In this document: one piece after another, positions 57,401 to 64,000 of the stretch
How positions within the stretch are numbered: position 1 is the first letter of the stretch
How the letters are laid out: every line of letters starts with the position of its first letter
Virus record (IMG/VR): IMGVR_UViG_3300042869_000764
Source: an uncultured virus (IMG/VR IMGVR_UViG_3300042869_000764)
Taxonomy: Duplodnaviria; Heunggongvirae; Uroviricota; Caudoviricetes
Length of the DNA stretch: 64,000 nucleotides
Reading direction: 5' to 3' (one strand)
Translations under genes and position numbers: made by a program
Notes under the pieces: model-generated
The model's database searches: none
What the model was told of the DNA's origin: nothing
What the model saw: the letters and a program-made list of their open reading frames with translations, nothing else

Positions 57401-60400
57401 CTGTGTCTGCGAAAAATTTTCATAGATGCCGTTAGCTGAAAGTCTATCAAATTTCAAAGCAACATCAAACATACGAACTTGAGAATTTCCTATGATTGCA
57501 GTGGCTTTGGCCTGTACAGCAGTAGATGAATTTCCTCCTACCAATGTCACTGTCGGAGCTTTGATATATCCTGAACCTTGAGTTAACATTTGTATGCCTG
57601 CCACTTTACCATTCGAGATAAATGCTCTAGCAGTAGCGCCGGTGCCGTCTCCTTCTATCAAAACTCTAGGCGGAGTTAAATATTCTGTGCCCTGCTGATA
57701 TACCTCTATAGCGGTGACTGCATAGCCTTTATTATCTGCCCACCATTTCCATGGATACTGTGATATTTCTAGTGATGATGCATTAACAGGATTGGCACGA
57801 CCGTCAAAGATTGAATACGACGGTGGCAAATCAAAATCGATCGCTGCCGATGCGTATGATTCTGGTTGATCATAACGGCTGATATACTCTCTAACTGTGG
57901 TTCTAAATGGTTTAACTTCGTTGATGTAATCTTGATAACTTGATAAATTATCATTTTTGTAATTCGGTGGGCTTGCTAATGTGCCAATGTTATGCGTGGC
58001 ATTTAGGAAACTGGTTTTAAACACCCAATCTACATACTGTTGTTCGCTGAATACATGTCTTATTGAAGCAAAAAATAATTTGTTCCATTCTACTGCGTAA
58101 TCACCTACAAAAATATTTTCTTTTACTGCTGCAAAAATATTTCTAAGTTCTTGTGAATTTTCAATGTCATAGGTTGTGGTATCAAACGCCTGTGTATTAT
58201 CGAATCCTACTCCAACTGCACTGGTGTTATATAGTATAGAATCAAATTGTATTGTACCGTTTTGTCTACCGACCAATAGATACTTGTCTAAAAACGTTTG
58301 ACCTATTTCTTGAGTTTTTTGGAATTTCGCCCAGCCGCCGGCAGCATATTCTTTGACTTTGATTATGTCACCAATCGTCACAAGGCTATCTACAACTTCA
58401 TAAATGTTAGAATACTCTTTAACAACACGTTGAGTATCATTATATCCGGATCTAAACCAATCCACTTTATTCCAATACTTGGTGGTGTCGTAAGCCTGTG
58501 ACCTACTACGGAAATACGTCTTACGTAGATCGTCCCAAGAATATATACTCCAGAAATTATTTAAAGTTGCATCATTGTTTACTAAAACAGAAAAATATCT
58601 AACATCAACTTTGATGACACCGTAATTTTTACCGCGATTGGTGACCACCACAGCTATTACTCTGCCTTGACCGTCAATGTGACACACTGCTGTGGCATTC
58701 AAACCATCTCCGGTAATAATCACCGGAGGGCCAATATAGATTCCGGGCTGTTCTTGATCAAATAATTCTTTAGGCTTATATCCGTATCCCGGATCTATTA
58801 TATCTATTGTGTCTAATTCACCGTTGATCAAATTACCACGCAATACAGCACGTTTGGTATTAGTTGTTCCTACTGTCTGTAACTCTATTTCAGTGTCTAC
58901 TGCAATGTCATAAAGATTCAACTTATCACTAGGAGCTGTATCAACTTTATTTAAATTAGTATATTCTATGGTTTCTGCAAAAGTTTCATTTAATAATATA
59001 TCATTGATATATTCTATAACGATTTGCAATGCCAGCAACCTATCAACAAACATAGTCTGTCGAGGTCTATATTGTATACCATATTTTTGTTTAGCTGGAA
59101 GATCGATATCAGGAATTTTATTTCCTGCTATATCTGAACCAATAAGACTGTCAATCCATTTGTTTTCTAATTTTAAAGATGGTAAATTATCAGCCACGCC
59201 TTCTGTAAGTAGTTGATATTCGTTGTGAATTGGTCTTTGAGATTCTAAGCTGTTGCTAATTTGTAGATTCAACAACGCTGTATCAGACTGCATGATTGTT
59301 TTAAAATTATATGTGAGGAATTTGTTAGATTCTATCAATGCAACAAAAGCTAGATTTGATCCTGCTGGATTTGCAATTAATCCGGCCACATCAGCAGCTG
59401 ATTTTGTTCGATCTGGCATATTAGATGGTGTCACAGCTTTGCTACGTACCCAATAATAATATAATGTTTCTGAGACAAGTCCAGTGGTTGGGCTAAAGAA
59501 AAATTTCACACTGTAAACATCATTGTTGGGATATAATGGTTGTCCGCTAACTCCTTGAGCTAGTCCTGCATTAGTGTCTGCCAATGCTGCCCATTCGTTA
59601 GGCAATAACACAGTTTCGACCCACTCATACACATCTATGCTCGAACCCACTGCCTGTTGATTCCAATTTCCTGTTTTGTAAGCAGAATCTTTTTGTTCTG
59701 CATATTGAAATTTTGCAGTGCTAGTATTCCACCATAATTTTCCTACATTTTTTTCTAACCAGTTTATTGTGGAATCTACTACTACTTCAGCAGTTCCTAT
59801 TGAATACACTGCAGGATCATATGGAGTTTTGTATTTTATTTCTTGCTCAGCTATATTAAGAATTTTTCCTCTAGCTGCATCGACGAAATCTATGTCTTGT
59901 ATTTTTACATTGTTTACATTGTCATAAAGTTCAATTTTTTTAATTTTTCTTAAATCTACCAATGGTCGTTGGCTTGTAAGCACAGTCCAACTTGCATCTG
60001 CACTAGCTGTGAACAGACGTGCTATGCCTTGATATGCTTTGGTAGATGTGTTTTTATAATAAGGTGATCCTACTAGTATTTTTGAACCTATACAGTCTAT
60101 GCTGTGTCCAAATGATTCGTCTGTCTGTAGATCGCTGTCTAGTTTTTCTGTAAGAAAGAATATTTGATCTTTGTTGTCAAACACATAGACACCACCAGTA
60201 AATCCTTGATCAATATAAAATCTTGTTCTTGCATTATCAAATGTTGTGCCTTCTAGTAGATCAAAATTGATAGAGAAAGGTGTTTTTGTATTTCTAGCAC
60301 CGACTGCTATTTTAGAACTGTCTGGACTCACTGATACGGCAAAACCAAAATATTCATCAGCATAGATTTCATAACTTTGCAGACGCTGTTTTACTCGGAA

Positions 60401-63400
60401 TTCAGTTGTTGATTGATCTAATTCTAACACATATACTGCACCTTGATCTTGATAGTTTACATCTGACCTAGGACTAGAAACTACTAGTGTATTTCCATTG
60501 GCATCTAAATCCATGGCAAATCCAAACTGATCCCCAGTACTAATCACCAACCCAGAATCTATGTCGGTGAACGACGACAGTGTGCCAGCATTGATCATTT
60601 GAACAAATTCATAGGAATCGTATGCAGTTTTTTTATATACAAAAATCTTACCGCTAGGTGTAGTAGTGCTGTCTCCTACCTGATGCCAATTAACACTAGC
60701 AGATGGATCTTCATTATAGCTACGATACGTGCTGTCTGTACTGTCAAATGTGTTACCTAATTGATAATATTGATATGCTGTGCCAGGTGATCCTTGAAAT
60801 CTTACAGTCTCTCCTTCAACATATTCAACGTCTGGTCTCCATAGTCCTCGATAGTTTGCAAAATATTGTCCATCGCTGTTTGGAGCACCTATAACTAAAA
60901 TATTTCCATCGCCACTCATGGCCATAGAAAAACCAAACTGATCTCCTTGCTTGACTAGTTCTGCTTTCTGAGTGTTAGTTAACAGTCCAGTGGTTGTAAA
61001 CTCCTGTGTGGAACCATCATCTTCCACAGAGATATTTGTTGGTAGAGAGCAGTGTGTTGATATGTCGCTAACTTTCAGCCAATTCTGTGAATCAAGAGTG
61101 ATAGTGCTTCCATCTGATGTTGATCCGTCTAGACTCTGCCATAAATTGCCACGTGCTGTTTCTAAGATAGGATCTTGTGCTGCTTGCCATACTATGTCAC
61201 CTTGCTTGTAGGAATCGGATAGATTGTATATGCCTTTATACAAAGGATTTTCCATATGTATCCACTCTGTTCCTGTGCCTTTGATGAGATATACCCTGCC
61301 TGTGTTGTTGTAAGATCCTACAGCAGATACTGCCAAATAGTATTCAGATCCGTTTACGCCAATGGCAATTTCAGAACCAAATTTTTCATTGTCAGCGGGT
61401 CTAGGAGACACAAATGCTGAGACATTGACATACCTGCCGCCGACAAATTCATAGATAGCAACCATGCCCTGCTGATAGTATCCAAAATCGCTTGCTGATG
61501 TCTGTGCAGGAATGACTGTGGTATGGGGGATCCAGTCATCTGAATTTACAGCTATTTCCGAACTACCGTCAACGACTGCTGTGTTAGCGTTCAGAGCTCG
61601 ATACAATCTACCGCCATATACGACAATATCATCCTGTGCATAAAACACATCTACTGCCCAAGCACCTCGAAATCTACTGGTCACTCCGCTGGCTGTAGGA
61701 GCACCTATTACAAGATATTTGCCGTCCGGACTAACTGCTATCTTGTCGCCAAACGATCCTAACGCTGTTTCAAAGAAACCAACTGGCGGTGCTATGATTT
61801 GTTTTAACGAAAGGCCTGTATCAGTTTCCACATATACATTTACAAAACCTGACTGAGGAATAGCAACAATAGTATGTTTATTAGCATTGTCATATATGAC
61901 CTTAGTGCCTAAGCCTAATGGATTAGATATCCCAATACTGTCTATATTTTTTGCAGAATAAGTTTTATTCTTTTCAATAACTTCCCATTGATCATTTTTA
62001 TTATTATCAACAAAGACCAAAGATTTGTTTTTTAACAGTGCTGCGGCCTGTTGATCAATATTAGAATAATCAAAAAATCTAGCAACGGTTAGTAACTGCA
62101 GATTAGCTGTGGTACTTGTGTCTATCTCAGGATCATCTATATCTGCGTTTACTGTGATTGTTATGGTTGTGTTTGTTACTGCACTGATCTTGAAAAATCC
62201 TTGCAGATTTGCAATTTCACGAATACCTATGTAGTCATCAACTGATATAACGTGTGGACGATTTAGTGTTAGTATCACTATGGTATCGTCTGGTCTGGCT
62301 ACTGCCACTACATAAAGCAGCGAAGATTCATTTACTCGTAGAACTTGCCACGAATCTTGATAAAACGTCACCCAGATGTGATCATTTTCGTTAACTGTAT
62401 CGATGGCTAAGGTAGTTAAATCATCCAAGGTTCGAATAGTATGTTGATACTGACCGGCACTTACGTAACCAGCTGTGAACAACGGCTCAGTCTGTGTCGT
62501 AGTAGGTAAAAAATCCGCTGTGTAGGGCACAGGAGCAATAGTGAAATCGGTGGCAGTGATACGATAGAATGAATCTACAACTTGGGAATTCACTGAGAGA
62601 TTAGAAATGTGCAGCTGAGGATTCAGTTTAAATTTAGCTTTTTCCAACTGTATTTCAACTTCTGTAAACTGGTCCGTGCCGCCAACTTGTCCTAGTCTAA
62701 ATGCCCATTCTTCATTGAGAGTAACACTGCCTGCCGAAGATCTACTTAACTTATCAAATATCTTGGTTATGCTGTTTGCTGTACCTTTTTCTCTGATAAA
62801 TCCTTGATATAGTTGAAATTGGCTCACAGAATCTTCTGCTAGATTTTGTAGATAATCTCGCTGTTGATATCCTATAGCGTGTCTAGCAAGTTCTCGTTGA
62901 CTTTGATTTATACCTTGTGATGTAGTTTCAAAGTAGTCACTGAACTGATTTATTTTGTAATCAAAATTAGAAACCAGTTGTTTAACAGGAGTGGAATCTA
63001 ATTTAGTCCACGTCGCATCGTTAAAGTTTTCCGAACCTAATTGATTAACTAAACTAGTCCAACTATATGATTTGTAAGATACAATGTCTCCTAATTTGTA
63101 ATCTTTGAACGGTTGCCAAACTTGTATATCGACATTGTCGAATAAAAATCCTGGACTGGTGTAATCTCCGTCCCAATCTACTGTACGGAAAGCCTGCATT
63201 TTTATGCGTCCTTGCCGGTATCCTGTGGTCTTGTCATAGATGATATCATTAAATACGGTACGATCATCAAATACAGTTACATGCTCTTTGATAACATAAT
63301 GTAACCGTGCGTAATATATACCGTCAGTGGTATTTGTTGTTTCTAATTTAAAATTCTGAAAACTTCTATTAACATTAATAAATCTAGGAGCCAATACTGT

Positions 63401-64000
63401 GCCATCGCCTTTAAGTATCTGGTAGTCATAGAATCCGTCTAAGAGATTATCCGGTGTTCCTACAGGCACATTAATTTCTAATTTTTGCGCTGAGGGGCTT
63501 AGAGCTATAATTGCGCCAGGTTCCCAATTGTGTTTGGTCCAAAACATAAATTCTTTGGCAGCACTTAACCAATCCTGGCTAGTAGCATTCTGAGGATCAT
63601 AGTTATTGAATACAATACCCTGTGTTTTAAGATAACTGTCATAACCTAACAACAGATCCACCACTTGTTGTATACTGGTTAGCAATGTGCCATAGCTCAT
63701 CTGTCGCACTGTGATGGTATTAAAAACTCGTCTTCTCAGTGCTTCTACCGCGCCTAATTTAGGAACGTCTCTTAATTTCTGCCATTGATTGCGATCAAAC
63801 TCGTCGGTACTGCGATGTGTCTTCAATGCACGATAAAAATTGCTTTGATATCTTACTAATACACCGTTATTGTAGTTTTTTTCTTCAACCCAGTCTGTGA
63901 ACGGTTCACTTAAACCGCCTACTGAAATCACTGGATCTTTGCTGCTGGCTTGTGGCTGATGATAATTGAAATAGGGATGTATGTCATCATAACCTGCTAC
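54449..64000 (-). CDS. Giant baseplate wedge-like structural protein (>3180 aa, start beyond window)
   Basis: Frame open to 64000; YINEVKPFRT and G.GY...P.V...G.G..ATA motifs; FG-GAP-like repeats. Confidence 0.75.
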   Translation of the reverse strand, partial: VAGYDDIHPYFNYHQPQASSKDPVISVGGLSEPFTDWVEEKNYNNGVLVRYQSNFYRALKTHRSTDEFDRNQWQKLRDVPKLGAVEALRRRVFNTITVRQMSYGTLLTSIQQVVDLLLGYDSYLKTQGIVFNNYDPQNATSQDWLSAAKEFMFWTKHNWEPGAIIALSPSAQKLEINVPVGTPDNLLDGFYDYQILKGDGTVLAPRFINVNRSFQNFKLETTNTTDGIYYARLHYVIKEHVTVFDDRTVFNDIIYDKTTGYRQGRIKMQAFRTVDWDGDYTSPGFLFDNVDIQVWQPFKDYKLGDIVSYKSYSWTSLVNQLGSENFNDATWTKLDSTPVKQLVSNFDYKINQFSDYFETTSQGINQSQRELARHAIGYQQRDYLQNLAEDSVSQFQLYQGFIREKGTANSITKIFDKLSRSSAGSVTLNEEWAFRLGQVGGTDQFTEVEIQLEKAKFKLNPQLHISNLSVNSQVVDSFYRITATDFTIAPVPYTADFLPTTTQTEPLFTAGYVSAGQYQHTIRTLDDLTTLAIDTVNENDHIWVTFYQDSWQVLRVNESSLLYVVAVARPDDTIVILTLNRPHVISVDDYIGIREIANLQGFFKISAVTNTTITITVNADIDDPEIDTSTTANLQLLTVARFFDYSNIDQQAAALLKNKSLVFVDNNKNDQWEVIEKNKTYSAKNIDSIGISNPLGLGTKVIYDNANKHTIVAIPQSGFVNVYVETDTGLSLKQIIAPPVGFFETALGSFGDKIAVSPDGKYLVIGAPTASGVTSRFRGAWAVDVFYAQDDIVVYGGRLYRALNANTAVVDGSSEIAVNSDDWIPHTTVIPAQTSASDFGYYQQGMVAIYEFVGGRYVNVSAFVSPRPADNEKFGSEIAIGVNGSEYYLAVSAVGSYNNTGRVYLIKGTGTEWIHMENPLYKGIYNLSDSYKQGDIVWQAAQDPILETARGNLWQSLDGSTSDGSTITLDSQNWLKVSDISTHCSLPTNISVEDDGSTQEFTTTGLLTNTQKAELVKQGDQFGFSMAMSGDGNILVIGAPNSDGQYFANYRGLWRPDVEYVEGETVRFQGSPGTAYQYYQLGNTFDSTDSTYRSYNEDPSASVNWHQVGDSTTTPSGKIFVYKKTAYDSYEFVQMINAGTLSSFTDIDSGLVISTGDQFGFAMDLDANGNTLVVSSPRSDVNYQDQGAVYVLELDQSTTEFRVKQRLQSYEIYADEYFGFAVSVSPDSSKIAVGARNTKTPFSINFDLLEGTTFDNARTRFYIDQGFTGGVYVFDNKDQIFFLTEKLDSDLQTDESFGHSIDCIGSKILVGSPYYKNTSTKAYQGIARLFTASADASWTVLTSQRPLVDLRKIKKIELYDNVNNVKIQDIDFVDAARGKILNIAEQEIKYKTPYDPAVYSIGTAEVVVDSTINWLEKNVGKLWWNTSTAKFQYAEQKDSAYKTGNWNQQAVGSSIDVYEWVETVLLPNEWAALADTNAGLAQGVSGQPLYPNNDVYSVKFFFSPTTGLVSETLYYYWVRSKAVTPSNMPDRTKSAADVAGLIANPAGSNLAFVALIESNKFLTYNFKTIMQSDTALLNLQISNSLESQRPIHNEYQLLTEGVADNLPSLKLENKWIDSLIGSDIAGNKIPDIDLPAKQKYGIQYRPRQTMFVDRLLALQIVIEYINDILLNETFAETIEYTNLNKVDTAPSDKLNLYDIAVDTEIELQTVGTTNTKRAVLRGNLINGELDTIDIIDPGYGYKPKELFDQEQPGIYIGPPVIITGDGLNATAVCHIDGQGRVIAVVVTNRGKNYGVIKVDVRYFSVLVNNDATLNNFWSIYSWDDLRKTYFRSRSQAYDTTKYWNKVDWFRSGYNDTQRVVKEYSNIYEVVDSLVTIGDIIKVKEYAAGGWAKFQKTQEIGQTFLDKYLLVGRQNGTIQFDSILYNTSAVGVGFDNTQAFDTTTYDIENSQELRNIFAAVKENIFVGDYAVEWNKLFFASIRHVFSEQQYVDWVFKTSFLNATHNIGTLASPPNYKNDNLSSYQDYINEVKPFRTTVREYISRYDQPESYASAAIDFDLPPSYSIFDGRANPVNASSLEISQYPWKWWADNKGYAVTAIEVYQQGTEYLTPPRVLIEGDGTGATARAFISNGKVAGIQMLTQGSGYIKAPTVTLVGGNSSTAVQAKATAIIGNSQVRMFDVALKFDRLSANGIYENFSQTQTFIAGGSSAVFFLNYAPTNDKTRIKVTRKIFATQKTQVVLASDYQVSLYYQATGGYNLLRGKLIFNTAPTINDEIIVTYDKNILLLDAVNRIEKSYNPKTGMAGKEINQLMTGIDFGGVRIQGTTFDVTGGWDALPWFTDSWDSVEISSDYYHVADGSTGSVTLPYIPAAGQQINIYIKRKNTNITVRIDDENYSSAQDSSTGVNPAAEMPTFVGDGVNAVVLIGPYISTQDGDILIFRPTDSDGSVVITDDNILDTKLSGGSLSAISSAYATATGKTAEEISILGGTFIDKDNVPAPEENIPGQVIDSVSIKVYNNKTSGAAALQSKITISNGQDTAFAIGQTVLENSSVFVYVDNTAKALNQHYTIDRSAATVNFISAPAIGELVEILSIGIGGLGILDYQSYIADGTTGLFLTNADYDATSGVFVTLNGSRVDVGFRNSTDIIDAVGKTLVEFAIKPQLGDVIKIACLAASSDVDSLGLSLVNVNTQTFYYEGSTRSFDLDGFSELARGSSLSSAIVEVNGQLLRGPDTNYVIYDGTNNQFILGVDPFESGGSILPSNLKVYINDDPSTFVIDYTFNGPTKELIIKPEKLSLGDKIKIENDLNAQYFIQGNNVIIDSEFDFGFPGDSTISDSTYPAINVTWFGEYPSMDIIQDEIKGGKVNYQLARSPISASYVWVYLNGIRLQQEKDYFVSLPRAVVYLNVTTTLDDDIKIITFGNDIFKLPSAYEIHKDMLNVYHFNRFSKASCKLTKPLRYFDTTIEVSDASLLGHPIMSRNLPGTIFIEGERIEYMLKTGNVLSQLRRGVQGTSIAETYAINTVVADVGYSETIPYNETQQRIDFTSDGSTLLIGPLDFTPVKGSRSGLWYRKSIPLTYGPCDQLEVFAAGRRLKKDPQDVYTEINGAASPEADQTQEAEFSVDGVSQQIRLTAALPAGTRVTVLKRLGQTWYTRGNTTAADGVSLIDSLTPVARFIVEKTTDIPE

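Noticed and set aside
587..61539. Many 60-160 aa opposite-strand or alternate-frame ORFs in the track (e.g. 587-934, 1858-2253, 10388-10771, 28609-29088, 44110-44568)
   Set aside because: Shadows of well-supported genes, with no RBS or recognisable motifs
1..64000. Alternative genetic code (stop-codon reassignment) as in some large phages
   Set aside because: Genes are full length in the standard code and TAA, TAG and TGA all terminate coupled genes
1..64000. CRISPR array, tRNA genes, introns/inteins, diversity-generating retroelement
   Set aside because: Intergenic gaps are short, with no repeat-spacer pattern or cloverleaf seen; polymerase and ClpA are uninterrupted; no reverse transcriptase. 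Checked by eye only

Overview
A 64-kb piece of a large, T4-like/jumbo-type tailed dsDNA phage genome read in the standard genetic code. The + strand (1-30108) carries a holin region, dnaJ-clpA, a late cluster of probable capsid-packaged, protease-processed (poly)proteins with an ErpA/IscA gene, and a replication core (family B DNA polymerase, probable sliding clamp). A 7-deazaguanine DNA-modification cluster follows directly (TGT/DpdA-like transglycosylase, T-fold QueD/DpdL-like protein, GT-B glycosyltransferase, FolE, QueE), together with nucleotide/repair accessory genes and RNase H. The - strand (30131-64000) carries a giant baseplate-type protein, four paralogous tail-fibre genes, and a tightly coupled 13-gene late operon with four glycosyltransferase-like, five radical-SAM/SPASM-twitch and two SGNH-like proteins. 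Best candidates for new biology: (1) a clamp-tethered, possibly glycosylated, deazaguanine modification system, since the transglycosylase and the polymerase share the peptide NTFxxLFDF; (2) the late radical-SAM/glycosyltransferase operon next to the tail fibres, possibly for virion glycan decoration; (3) the modular Glu-cleaved internal-protein cassette; (4) small leader RNA structures upstream of folE, the polymerase and several late genes. All assignments come from motif recognition by eye; no searches were run.
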